This document shows, piece by piece, positions 24,585 through 37,735 of a stretch of DNA of 64,000 nucleotides. The notes below the pieces were generated by a model. That model had not been told where the DNA came from and made no database searches. It worked only from the letters and a program-made list of their open reading frames with translations. The stretch is from Mobula birostris (taxonomy: Eukaryota): assembly GCF_030028105.1 (NCBI RefSeq), contig NC_092378.1, positions 107,683,731 to 107,747,730 of the forward strand. Direction: 5' to 3'. How positions within the stretch are numbered: the stretch's first letter is position 1; every line of letters begins with the position of its first letter. Both the position numbers and the translations under genes were made by a program.

Positions 24585-24900
24585 AGCATGGTAGCTCAGA
24601 CATTAATGCAATTGCTTCACACCACCAGCTGTAAGATAAGAGTCTGATTGCCCAGCACTGCCTGAAAGAAGATTGTTTTTTCTCCCCATCACTGTGTGCA
24701 TTTTCTCCAGGTCTTCTGGTTACCTCTCACGTTCAAAACCCAAGTTTTAGGAGTTACTCAATGGTGAGCATGCGATAATGGTGCTAGAAGTGTGGCAACA
24801 CTTCTCAGCTGACCAGGATAATCCTCGCTGATTTGATTTCTTGCGAATGGCACATTTCACTGTATGTTTCGATGTACATGTGACAAATAAGGCTAATCTT
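24585..24900 (+). mobile_element. Degenerate tRNA-derived SINE
   Basis: A-box-like GCATGGTAGCTCAG head and core ...TTCTCCAGGTCTTCTGGTT..., with a LINE-like tail. Confidence 0.45.
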
Positions 24901-24929
24901 TTTTCTATTGATTTCAAATTTCTGCCTGA

Positions 24930-25450
24930 TGTCTTCCCATGATTAAGACTGACGTGAAACTCTTATTAAGTTCTCCTGCCATTTATTAGCCCCAATAACT
25001 ACCTCTCCATCATCATTTTCCAGCAGTCCAATATCTATTCTTGCTTCTCTTTTACTTTTTATATATCTGAAAAAACTTTTGGTATCCTCTTTTAAATTAT
25101 TGGCCCGCTTACCTTCAGATTTTATCTTTTCTCTATGGCTTTTTCATTGCCTTCTGTTAGCTTTTAAAAGCTTTCCAATTCTCTGATTTCCCATAATTTT
25201 TTTCTTAATTATATGCTCTCTCTCTATTCCTTTTATTCTGACTTTGACTTCCTTTGTTGGCCACGGTTCTTCATCCTCCCTTTAGAACACTCTTCATCTT
25301 TGAGGTGTGTCTGTCCCGTGCCTTCTGAATTTCCCACAGTCATTGCTATTCTGCTATTATCCCCTTTCAGTCTACTTTGACCAGCTCCTCTCACATGCCT
25401 CTGTAGTTCCCTTTACTCCACTGTAATACTCATACATCTGACTTTATCTT
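24930..25450 (-). mobile_element. CR1 LINE fragment
   Basis: Reverse complement matches the CR1 family at 1640-1780 and 43930-44390. Confidence 0.7.
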
Positions 25451-27289
25451 ACCCCATTGATGGAGCAGACACCCTGCCACTCATAAACCAAACGTTTCCA
25501 AATCCAAGACACTTGGCCAAAAACCTTGTTTATAAGGGTCTTGATAGAAACGTTGACTGTCCATTTCCCTCTTCAAATGCTGCTTGATGCAGTTCCACCT
25601 CCAATTTGATTCTTTGCTGCAGATTCTAGCATGTGTCATAGATTTGTGACCCTCCTCATTATTGTGATGGAAGTGTCTAGTCAATGTCTGTGCTGTGTGT
25701 TGCATTGAAGTACATTCACAGGGTGCAGTACAACTGGTTGGGCATCAGAGGTTCAGGTTAAATTCATGATGATTCATCTTATAGGGGTAGTTGTCATGGC
25801 CTCTAATCACTATCAGCAGTCATTTCAAACTTTTAGGAATGTTGGTGGGATCTATGGTTTATAACAACAGGGGCCAGTCTGGAGATAATAATGAATAGTG
25901 TGGAGAGGAGGAGGGAGGTCCAAAAAGAATAAGGACCCAGGACATTAGACAGTTCATTGTGAAGCACTGGTGGGATAAGTCTTAACTTAAAAATCAATAC
26001 GAAGAATGAATTACCAAAGGCACAGGAGCAAGTCAAAGGAAATATTTTCAGTCATTTTCCAACTGCTTCGCCACTCCCCTTACACTCTGCTCTATGTTAT
26101 GCATCTCTCATTACACCTTGCCTGTAATCTCTACCTATCATTCTGAACCCATGTTTCACAGCTTATTCTATATACCCACTCAGTTGTTAACATATCAGCC
26201 AGCGAATATGCTCACAAGCACATTTCCCTCTCATTTGCATAGAAAAATAAGTGAAACAGAATGGGCATCATCATCAGAAGCAGACTGGTGATCAATAATG
26301 GCTGTTTTACTTGCTTCATGTTTGAGATATGTCACAAAGTATTCTGGAGTTATGTGAATATTTCAGAAGTTAATTTAGGCGAGAACCAGTCTTCGGTTCT
26401 TAATGCAAATTGTAAAGTGTAAGCAGTAAATTGAAGCTAAAAGCACACCTTTGCAAATAAACAATATTGCCTGTAAGAGATGTGTAGTTTGCAAAATGGT
26501 GGCCATATGATATTTGCATATGTCTCAGTCAAACATTAAGACAACAGGGTTGTATCATTTGACTTGCATCAAACCGGGTAACAAACCTAAGTCATTCGTA
26601 CCATGTAACTTGCAGACCAGGCTGATGAAGTCATTTAACATATCGAATATATTCACAGTTATAAGTGTAATTACTTGCTGAGCTATTGTGCACTCTGGGC
26701 ATCTGGCTCTCTGTCTTCAGAGGTTTTTAGAATATCTGTGTCAATTAGTTTTATCCCAGCAGGGGTGTTTGAACATTTTCAGTTGTCTCCCACTATAGAT
26801 ACAAAATTCAAAGGAAGCATTGTCAACCCCCCAAAAAGTAAACAATGTCATCGTAGCTATTGGGATTGTATTGTATCAGCTACTGTTACCATAGATCTTA
26901 AGGGTATGAAAGAGTGATGTCTTTATGGGTGTGTGGGAGTCTACCAAGAGTGTGTCCAGGAGAATGCATGTTTTTTTTTTGTTATGAATAAAGACTTCTG
27001 TATCAACAGCTTTAGTCTGGTGACTTTGATCACAGTCATAACAGGTACAATACATTCAAAGATTTGCCTGAGATTTGCAGCAAGTAGGGCTGCAGCCTCA
27101 CAGGGTTAAGTACGTCACTTTGATCTTCGCATTTATAGTGGCCATTAATTTATTTGCCAGCAACTTACTGTCACAAAATAACAAATTTCACGACATACAG
27201 TATGGCAATGATATTAAACCTGTTTCTGATTCTGATTCAGATGGGAACCAGAGAATGATGCCATTGTTGTAAAGGTAAATGCAGCCTAT

Positions 27290-29110
27290 AGAGATTGTGA
27301 GGAAGGACAGATGTGGAAAGGGCAGAATCATAGTCACTTGGATGGGTTGAGAAGTGTCCATTATAAAGAGACTATCAGGAACAAGCATGATCAACTTAGA
27401 GCATGGGTCAGTACATGGAACTACAATGTTTTGGCCACGACAGACACAACAGCAGGAATGTTTGCAGAAGGTTTAGATGTTTCAAAAGACAGGGAGGGAG
27501 GAAAGGTATTGCTAATCAGGGATAGTATCAAAGCTGCAGAAAAGAAAGATCGCCTGGAACACCACGAAACAGAAACACAAAGGTCAGATCAGCTGGAAGA
27601 TTTTAGAAAATGCAAAAATGATATGGTTCAACTCATTACTTACTTCTCCCTAATACTCATTGATGCCTCCTTTGAGCAAAAGTATTAGATGGGGCAGAAT
27701 TTGTCAAGTGTGTCCAGGAGGGATTCCTGCCACAGTATGTGAACAGGCCAACTAGAGAAGTGGCCATAATGGAGCTGGTATTAGGTATTACACCAGGAGA
27801 GGAGACAGATCCCTTGGTAGGTGAGCATATTGGAGACAGTATCCACATCTCCCTGGCCTTTACCATAGCCTTTGACATGAATGGGAGCAGAGCTTAGAGG
27901 GGAGCATTTAATAGTGGAGGTGAAAATTATGATGCTATTAGGGAAGAACTTGGGAGCATAAATTGGGAATGGATGTACACAGGGGAATACACAATGGAAA
28001 TGTGGAAGTTGCTTAGGCAGCACTTACATGGGATTCTGTATAAGTTTGTCCCATTGAGGCAGAGAATGGATAGTAGGGCTAAGGAACCATTGTTGACAAG
28101 AGATGTGGAAGAGCATTCTGACAGGCTGCATCACTATCTGGTATGCAATGGCTATTGCACAGGATAGTAGCACGCTACAGAAAGTTGTCAACTAAATTAG
28201 CTACAGTATATCTTGGGTACTAGTCTCTGTAATATCCAACACACCATCAAGAAACAGAGCCTCAGAAAGGCAACATCTATTATTCATGAACCCGTCACCC
28301 AGGACATGCTAGCTTTTCATGTTACTATCAGGAAAATTATAGAAGCCTGAAGGCACACACTCAGTGATTCAGGAACAGCTTCTTCCCCTCTGCCATCCGA
28401 TTTCTAAATGGACATTGAACCCAAGAACACTACCTCACTTTTTTATGTGATGTCTGTTTCTGCATTATTTTTAATTTAACTATTTAATATACATATATAT
28501 ACTTACTGTAACTGATTTACTTATCTTTTTTTCTCTAAAGTATCATGTATTGCATTGCAATGCTGCCAGTAAGTTAACAAATTTCATGATATATGCTGGT
28601 GATATTAACCCTGATTCTGATTCTGATTCCTGGATTGGAGAGCATGTCTTATGAGCATAGGCTGTGTGAGCTTTGGCTTTTCTTTTTGGAAAGAAAGAGG
28701 ATGAGAGGTGACTTGATAAAGATGTACAAAAAGATGATTGAGTGTACAGTCAGAGACTTTTTCCTCAAGCATAAAATGTCTCTTTTATAAGGGAGCATAG
28801 TCTTAAGGTGTTGAGAAGGATGTCAGAAGCATGTGTTTTTACATAGAGAGTGATGGATGTTTGAACCCCACTGTCTAGGGGGAGGTCAGAGGCAAGTGTT
28901 TTTACACAGAGTGTTGGGTGCTTGAACCCCATTGCCAGGGTAATGGAAGAGCCAGAAACTGTTAGATATGCACTTGAAGGAAGGAAGAATGGAGGGTTGT
29001 GTGGGAGGGAAAGGTTAGATTGATCTTAGAGTCGGTTAAAGGATCAACACAACATCATGGGCCAAGGGGCCTTTACTGTGCTGCTTTATATGATGTTCCT
29101 TGTCCTATGT
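27290..29110 (+). mobile_element. Composite of CR1 fragments (27290-28105, 28630-29110) and a Rex1-like 3' end (28105-28630)
   Basis: Decayed endonuclease segments (LRAWVSTWNYNVLA), RMRGDLI motif, (GATTCT)n tail near 28612-28630. Confidence 0.65.
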
Positions 29111-30384
29111 TCTATTCCACCCCATCAGAGAAATCCCTTTTGTTCCAGCCATCATCTTCTTCCATCTTTTCCACCACCTCGACTCACTCATTTCTGTCTT
29201 TCCCAGTTCTGATGATGGGTTTTTGATATGAAAAGTTAACAGCGTTTCTTTTTCCACAGATGCTGCTTGACTTGCTGAATGTTTCTGACATTTATTTCTT
29301 GGGTGAGAGGCTGTGTGCCACATGTGGCGAGTAGGACAAGACCTGAAGGAACTTTCACAGGCAAACTCAATCATCCCAAGAGTAGTCAAGAAGTCTCCCT
29401 CTCTTGATAGCATGCTCCCATGCAATGTTTGATGAATGCGCCACTGACAGAAGTCAATTCAGACAAGCAAGTTGATTTACTTCAGAAAGTGCTTTCTAGA
29501 AGGACAAAAAAAAAGGTATTGTTTATTATTGGTTGATGGTCAAGTTCAATGCCAAATCTTGGAGAATCCTCACAGCAGGAGATGTCATTCGAAGAGCTCA
29601 ATATGACTAGAAAATAAAGCAATGAGTATCCAAAATATTGTAATCCTGGTGCAGGGTTTTCAACTGAAACATTAATCGTTCCCTCCCCACAGATGCTGCT
29701 TGTCCTCTTGAATTCCTCCAGCAGATTTTTTGTTCTTCCAGATTCCAGCATCTGCAGACTATTGTATCACAATTATTTGCTCAGGAAAACTGGTTATCTG
29801 CTCAGAAAAATTAATGCAGGCTACTGCAAACTATCAGTTTTGAAGGAATGCTTAGTACTTGCTTATCAGGATTGTGTTCTAACTTTATAATGCATAAAAC
29901 ATTTTAAGAGTAATGTCTAAAAATAAAAGTTATTAAACTGATAAACTGTGTTAAGTCAAAATGTTTGTGGATGAATCAGTTTGAATTGCCATCTCTCAGT
30001 GTTTTGGCCCTGAGGTGGAAATTGATGTCCTTTATTATTCTCATTATTGATCTGGACAAACTTGTCGGGAAAACCTTGTCATTAGGCAGATGGTGTGATA
30101 ACTGTGTTAGGTAACCAATCCATTGTAGCAACCGTGGTCAATTGAATTCTTTACTGAGCTACCTCATTCTGTATTGATAGTAACCCACTCAATGGCTTCT
30201 CACTGTTACTATCAGGAAGGATATACAGGATCCTCAAGTCACACATCACCAAGTTCATGAACAGTTCCTATCCTTGATCCATCAGACTCCTGAACCAACG
30301 TGGATAACTTTAATCACCTCAACACTGAACTGATTCCACAACCTGTGTACTCACTTTCAAGGACTCCACAACTCAAGTTCTCAA

Positions 30385-30439
30385 CAATATATATATTTAT
30401 TTATTTACTTACTTACTTACTTATTTACTTACTTACTTA
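30385..30439. repeat. Compound microsatellite (TA)n(TTTA)n(TTAC)n
   Basis: Visible tandem array. Confidence 0.85.
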
Positions 30440-30574
30440 CCATACTTGCTCAGTTGTCTTCTTTTGCCCCCGGTTGTCAGTCTTTTTGTGTGTGGTTTTT
30501 CAATGATTCGATTGCATTTATTTGTTCTATTGTGAATGCCAGTAAGAAAATGAATCTCGTTATATTTAAAGCTG

Positions 30575-31110
30575 TCATATACTTAGTGGCCACTTTATTA
30601 GGTACACCTGTAGACCTGCTTGTAATGCAAATATCTAATCTGCCACTCATGTGGCAGTAACTCAATGCATAAAAAACATGCAGATATAGTCAGGAGGTTC
30701 AATGTTATTCAGACCAAATCTTAGAATGTGGAATAAATGTGATCTAAGTGACTTTGACCATGGAATGAGTGTTGGTTTGAGTATCAGAAACTGCTGATCT
30801 TCAATAATTTTCACACACAACAGCCTTCAGAGTTTACAGAGCATGGTGCATAAAACGAAAAACATCCACTAAACAGTAGTTCTGTCGGCACAAACGATCA
30901 GAGGAGAATAGCCAGACTGATTCAAACTGACAGGAGGGTGACACTAATTCAGATAACCACGTGTTACAAGATTGATCTGCAGAAGACCATTTTTGAGTGC
31001 ACTGCTTGTGGAACCTTGAAATGGTTAGGCCAAAGCAGCAGAGACTGCAAAAATATGCCAAGTGGCCACTTTATTGGGTACGGTAAGTACCTTATAAAGT
31101 ATCATGGAGT
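30575..31110 (+). mobile_element. Internally deleted Tc1/mariner element (partial paralogue at 270-445)
   Basis: Terminal/direct repeat AGTGGCCACTTTATT(A/G)GGTAC seen twice, plus a decayed transposase 5' part. Confidence 0.65.
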
Positions 31111-31664
31111 GTATACATAGCATAGCCTGTTACACTACTGGCGTTTATGGCAGTAATGAAGGTCCTCCATCCCTAGCGGTGTTCAGGGCATCCTTCATCT
31201 TGTCAGTTTTCACTACTGTCAGTCATGCAAGTTCCAGGTGGAGACTCAGAAATACTTTGCTTTCAGATGCAGATGGACTTTTCATTGCTGTTTCCATAAC
31301 AGTTTTATTTTACCAGTCAGAGTTGTTAGCCCTGAGCTGAGCCCCTGAACCTGGAGACCCGTGGACCACTCTTAGTCTGGCTTCTGCCCTTTGACCTATT
31401 TGGCATGAGTGGCCCTACCAAGGGTCAAAGCATAAAGCGCTGACTCCAGCCAACATTGCTCTCCGGGTCACTGAGACATGCAAGCCTCCAAATCCTATGA
31501 CAAGGTTGTGGCCCCCTTGGAGGACTGCATACATACTTTGAAATTAAATTTACTTTCAACTTTAAACTTTGTTATGACACTAACCCTCTGTTCAATCATA
31601 ATTAGTGAACCAATCATTATTTCTCTGAAAGCAGCAAATTCATGGAAATGATAGACACACAAAG

Positions 31665-33860
31665 ATCCAGAGCAACAGACACAAAATGCTGGAGATACTC
31701 ATCGGGTCAGGCAGCATCCATGGAAATGCATAAACAATCAGTGTTTTGGGCTTGGACCCTTCTTCAGGACTTGAAAGGAAGGATAAAGACACCAAAATGA
31801 AATGGTGTGGGGAGAAGAAGGAGGACCAGATAGAAGGTAATAGATGAAGCCAGGTGGGTGGGAAGGGTAAAGGCCTTGAGAAAAAAAACCTGATAGGAGA
31901 GGAGAGCGGACCATGGGAGAAGGGAAAGATACAGTGGCATCAGCGGGGAGATGATAGGCAGCTGAGGAGACGAGATACAGGGACAGAGTAGGGCATAAAA
32001 GAAGAGGAAAGGGGGAAGATTTTTTGGAAGGAAAATTCATATTCATAAGGTTGGAAGATACCTAGACATAATATGAAGTGTTGCTCCGCCATCTTGAGAA
32101 TGGCCTCATTGTGGCAGAAGAGAAGGCAATGGACCAACATGTCGGAATGGGAATAGGGATAGGAATTAAGATGGTTGGGCACCAGGAAATTCCACTTTTT
32201 GGAGGTGGAGCAGAGCAGAGCTGGTCAACAAAGCAGTCCCCTAATTTACATTAGGTCCCACCTACATGGAGGAGCCCGTATTGGGAGCACCAGGTACAAT
32301 AGACAGTCCCAACAGCTTCAGGGATAAAGTGCTGCCTCGGCGGAAGGACTGTTTGGGTAAGGAAGGAGGTAAATGGGCAAGTGTAGCATATCTGCCACTT
32401 TCAGGGATATGTCCCAGGAGGGGCATTATTGGGGAGGGGCAAATGGACAAGGAAATCACAGAAGAAGCGATCTTGGGGAAAGCAAAGAGTAGGGGTGAGG
32501 TAAAGATGTGTTTGGTGTAAGGATCCCATTGAAGATGGCTGAAGTTGTGGAGAATGATATGTTGCATGCAGGGGCTCATGGGGTTTATCTATCCCTATCA
32601 AGTGCCAGGAAGATGGGGTGAGCGCGGATGTCTGGGAAATGGAGGAGATGTGGGCAAGGGCAGCATCAATGATTGAGAAAGGGACATCCCATTCTTTGGA
32701 GAAAGGAAAGCTTCATCCTGGGAACAGCTGCAGTGGAGACAAAGGAACTAAGAAAAGGAAATAGCATCTTTACAGGAGACAGTGTGGGAAGAGGTACAGT
32801 CAAGGTCATCATGGTCATCAAGAGTATGTTTACAAAAGATGTCAGTAAACAGTTTGTCTCTAGAGCTGGAGTCAGAAAGATCCAGAAAGGGTGTTAGAAA
32901 TGGACCAAGTGAACTTAAGGATGTGGAGTAAGTTGGAGGCAAAACTTATGAGCTCAGATTGGGTACATGACGCAGCACCAATATAATCATCAATATAGCG
33001 CAGGATGAGTGGAGGAGCATTACCAGGGAAGGCTTGGAACATGGACTGTTCTACATAGGTAACAAAAAGGCAGTCAAAGCTGGGGCCCATGCAGGTGCCA
33101 TTGAGTCTTGAGAAATTGGAAGAGCCAAAGGAGAAATTGTTGATCATGATGATCCGTTCTGCCAGGCGAAGGAAGGTGGTGGTGGAGCAGAACTGGTTGA
33201 GTCTTTTGCTGAGAAAGAAGCAGAGAGTTTTAAGTCTTTCTTGATGGGGGATAGAGTTACAAAAGGGACTGGACAACCATATTGAGAATGAGGTGGTCAA
33301 GGCCAGAGAATTGAATGTTGTTGAAGAGATTGAGGGCATGTGAAGAGTCTCGGATGTAGGAAGGAAGGGACTGAACCAACGGGGAGAGAATGGAGTTGAG
33401 GTACGTGGACATGAGTTCAGTGGGACAGGAAGGCAGAGACAATGGGCCTACCCAAACAGTCAGGTTTGTGGATCTTGAATAGGAGGTAGAAATGTGCAGA
33501 GCGGGATAAGTGAATTATGAGTCCTCTAGAGTTGATGAGGTTAGTGATGGTGCCAGAGGCAATGTCCTGGTGAGCCTGAGTAGGTCCTTTCCAAGGGGTA
33601 AGTAAGAGGAAATATCTGAGAGTTGCCGCCTAGTCTCAGCAATGTGGGGGTCAGTCTGCCACACCACAATAGCACCCTATTTTACTGCAGGTTTAATGGT
33701 AAGGTTAGGATTAGTGAGGAGAGAGTAGAGGGCAGTGTGTTCATAGGGGGAATGGTTCAAGGAGCATTGAGGAGTGAAAAGATTCAGAGCAGGCAGAAAA
33801 CCAGAGTGGGGTGTCCAAGATAAGGAGGAGGGCTGGATACAGGAGAAGGGGTCATTGTTG
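31665..33860 (-). mobile_element. Penelope-like retroelement (RT, GIY-YIG, terminal repeat), decayed
   Basis: MGPSF.CLFV.YVEQS and RYIDDYIG RT motifs in ORF 32872-33339. Terminal repeat with a mutated hammerhead core near 31738-31772. Confidence 0.85.
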
Positions 33861-33865
33861 CGGGA

Positions 33866-34340
33866 ACAGAATCAGAATCAATTTTAATATCACCCACATA
33901 TTTCATGAGATTTGTTGTCTTTGTGGCAGCAGTACAATTCAATGCAAAATAATAGAAAAAATGTGAATTACTGTAGGTATATATATTAAATAGTTAAAAT
34001 AAATAAGTAGTGCAAAAATAGAAATAAAAAAGTAGTGAGGTAGTGTTCCTGAGTTCATTGTCCATTCAGAAATCGGATGGCAGAGGGGAAGAAGCTGTTC
34101 CTGAATCACTGAGTGTGTACCTTCAGGCTTCTGTACCTCCCTCCTGTTGGGAGCAATGAGAACAAGCATGACCTGGGTGATGGGGTCATAAATGCTGGAT
34201 GTCGCCTTGGTGAGGCATCCTCCTTGAAGATGTCCTGGATACTACGGGGGGGGGGTGAAGGGAGGGGAGGGCAGTGCCCATAATGGAGCTGACTAAGTTT
34301 ACAACTTTCTGGAGCTTATTTCGATCCTTTGCAGTAGCCT
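33866..34340 (-). mobile_element. Rex1-like 3' end inserted in unit B only
   Basis: Same family as 28105-28630, (GATTCT)n tail. Unit A is continuous at ~4200. Confidence 0.7.
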
Positions 34341-35869
34341 GTGGAATTCTTGCCAAAGAAGTGGGCTCAGAGACAGAGACAACAGAAGAAGATCTTGGCT
34401 TTGTGGCCACTATGGAACTGACTGAGGTGTGGGAGGAGGGGGACAAAGTTAAGGCCTTGCTGAGGACAGAACACTCCACCTCATCAGAATGGGGAAGGTG
34501 AGAAGGAATGTCAATTCATGGAAATACCTTCCTCAAATTAGTACTACCTATCCTACAACAGGTGACAGAGAGTTAGGTCAAAGATCATATACAAAGAAAC
34601 TCTCACTTTGTCTGAATCCTTTTTATACTCTACTGCCTCTCATAAGCTGGTAGACGGAGCTCCTGCCAAACGCACTCACTGGATAACCCAACATTCAGTC
34701 TTTACTAGAACCCCGGCAGCACTGACCCCACACTTTACCACCATTTTTCAGGAATCCTCCATTGTCTCTCAGTTGCAAGATGTCTTGTCTAATTTCCAGT
34801 ATGAAATCAGTAGAAATTTACTTCAAACATTTATTTGTAGGTTTGGTACAATGTGATTTTTATTGTTTTTCATATTTCTGACAGATGACTTTGTCATTCT
34901 CTCTTTGGCATTTGTTTTGATTTTTATTGATTTTAATATCAGGAGTACATAAAATTAGCTATATTGTGGCAGGAGATTAATCAATGGGATTATGTATTCA
35001 AGGCGGAGCAATCCTTTCCACCCAAGTTGTTACCAAATTTTAAGGCAACATAATTATCAGAAGAACAATTTGTTAGTTGATCCAATTACAAATGATGGAA
35101 ATTTTATTAAATATTTTATTTATGATTTTCTACAAACTACAGCATAGAAAAAAAAGCAATGGTATAAATAGAAGGATCATTGCAATACAGACAAAAATAA
35201 CGTTAGTACATATCTTAACAAATGAGCAAGTCACCCATATTAAAAATGAAAAAAAAGAAAAACTTATTTTTTGCCCACTGTGTGAGTCTGGGTGAAATCC
35301 ATATCTTTGGACATTTCCTGAAATAAAAACACATCCTGACATGCTGAATCATTGAGAAGATCGAAGATAATTCTTTGGCCTTTGTCACAGTATTCTCCAT
35401 TATCTCACTCCATCCCTTCTGCTGGCAGCTGTCTAAAATGCAGATTTAGTCTTGAGATCACTTTCTCATCCATCCTGTGACCATTAGGTCTTCATTTCCA
35501 AACAACCTCAACTTAGCCCCAGTCAGACAGCTGCTGAGTCCATCTTCTGCATTGATTTTATCCGTAGATTGGATATATGTCTTCCAGACCTCCACTGTCC
35601 ATGCTCTATAAACATGAGAATATCCAAACCAATTCTGCTCAATCATGCTCATTACTTGACTCTTCCCCATCATTAACATCTTCCTGTCCATCCCCAAGCA
35701 TAATTACACCATTGTTCTTCTCTGTGCTTTGGATCTCTCACCAGTCCATGTGGAGACTGAAGAATACTCCATCACCTATAACTTTAAGAAATAATCAAGC
35801 ATTAATTATATTGCTTTATTCTCCATAGAGGGGCTCACTTTAAACTAAATATATATTGGTAACAAACAT

Positions 35870-37370
35870 AAGGCCATAAGATATAGGAGAAGAAGTAGGC
35901 CATTCGGCCCATCGAGTCTGCTCTGCCATTGTAGGGAATGAAGCAATAGGAAATTAGGAAAACTGTTTCCACTAATTTCAGTTATAAAAGTCTTGAGTCA
36001 AAGGCCAGGTATTTTAAAAAAACATATAAAGGCCACCACCACCAACATGACAACCTTTATTTATAGGAAACAGAATGGGCCACAAATTCTAGTGGTCCCA
36101 ATAGGATGCAGAGGAATGGCATCAAAGAGGGACACATAAATGACTGTTTTGGGTGTTGACCTACTGCAAAAACGTGTTGCCTGAGGCCCAATGCATTGGA
36201 TGCCTCAGGCTAGGCTTTACACGCTTCATGGTTAAATGTACTGCCTGCTCTTCCTTTCCCTGGAAGTAGAATTGCCAGTGGAATGGTAAAGAAGGTACAT
36301 GGCATACTTGCCTTTATCACAAGCCTCATGGACTATAGGAGCCAGGAAGTCATGATGCAGTTGTATAAATCTTCAGTTATACTCCACTTGCGTGCTGTTC
36401 TGGTCACCCATTCCAGGAAAGATGTGCAAGCTTTGCAGATACTTTAAAGAGTAGTCACACTATGTTTCCTGGGTTCAGGGATATTAGATGCTCAAAGAAG
36501 TTAGACAAGCTTGGATTGTTTTCTCTGAAGGTCAGAGGCCAAGGGGAAACCTGAGAGAAATTTATAAAATTATGAGAAGGATAGATAGGGTTTACAATCA
36601 CAATCTTTTTCCCAGTATAGAAACACTAAGTACTAAGTACAAGTGAAATTCCAACATCTGCAGATTTCCTCGTGTTTGCAAACTACAAGAGGGCATAGTT
36701 TTAAGTTACGAAGGAATTGTGAGGGGCAAGATTATTTTTTTTTTAACACAGAGAATGGTAGATGCATGGAATGGGTTGCCAAGGGTGGTAGTAGAAGCAG
36801 ATTTAACAGTGGCATTTAAGAGGCTCTTAAATAGGCATCATAAAGGACTTGGAGGGATAGGGATCAGGAGTGGGCAGAAAGCATTAGTTCAACTATGCTC
36901 AGTACAGATACTGAGGGCTGAATAGACTGTTTGAGTGATGTACTGTTCCATGACTTCCCTAGGGCCAGGGTTAGGTTGTCAGGGCTTGGGCATCAGAGCC
37001 CAGAATTTGAAGGGGGTCAATGAAGGAGCGGGAAGTTGGGATCTGGAGCTGGCAGATTGTTGCAAGAGGTGGGGAGAACCAGTAAGAAACCAATGATCAC
37101 CTAATTGTGAACAGAAGGGTTTGGAGTTGGTGGGCAATGGGAATCAGGTGATTGCTGAAAGATTGTTGTCAGAGCAAGGGAGTAACAGAAATAAGAGCAA
37201 AGTCCTGAAAGTGGGGGGTGTTTGTGGAGAAAGGGGATCTGTTCAAAGCCAGTGGGAAAATCACAAGAGAAAATTCTATACAATGCAGATAATGCAAATC
37301 TAAAATTTTTGAAAAAGAGAAAACTGAAAAATTAGGCAGCTCAGGCAGCATCCATGGAAGTAGCAAGTTA
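35870..37370. mobile_element. Unit-B-specific block of CR1 3' fragments and Penelope-like end pieces
   Basis: Unit A is continuous at ~5575. CR1 C-terminal remnants (FLTQRMVDAWNGLP) at 36280-36950. Confidence 0.65.
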
Positions 37371-37477
37371 ATGCACAATAAAATTTCCCCAGCTCTATCA
37401 CTAAGGTGTGCTGTTAAAATTGGTTTGGAAATACAGAAACGTGGTGCTCAACTAGCTCAAGGCGAAACAAATGTGAA

Positions 37478-37735
37478 CATGGTTGATAACTCAGTTGTAC
37501 CCAATCATGCATTTGCATGGACTCGTTCACATGGGTGTTCTGGAAATGCTTTATTGTGTATATTCATCACTTCAAAGCTGATAAAGTTCCAATGACTCAT
37601 CAACAAATGTTCAGCTGCACCTCGCTGTATCATTGTACCAAATATTGGAAGGTAGTCCTAAATGGAGAGAATGTTATTGCCTGCGATCTTAACCCAAGTT
37701 CCTTATCGTGAAAAAGGTTGTTTTTAGAAAATTGA
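37478..37735. promoter_or_regulatory. Candidate erythroid enhancer, copy B
   Basis: TGATAA 37484 and 37579, TGACTCA 37593-37599, E-boxes 37604 and 37612. Confidence 0.55.

Noticed and set aside
26660-27045. Possible second solo LTR ending ...CATAACA
   Set aside because: It has AATAAA and a CA end, but I could not define a 5' terminus or target duplication.
29290-29470. Possible exon 3 of the globin pseudogene or another exon
   Set aside because: No globin-like translation or convincing splice sites were found.
35528-35545. Full NF-E2 MARE (TGCTGAGTCA)
   Set aside because: It reads TGCTGAGTCC and the unit A paralogue reads TGCTGAGCTCA. Imperfect and not conserved.
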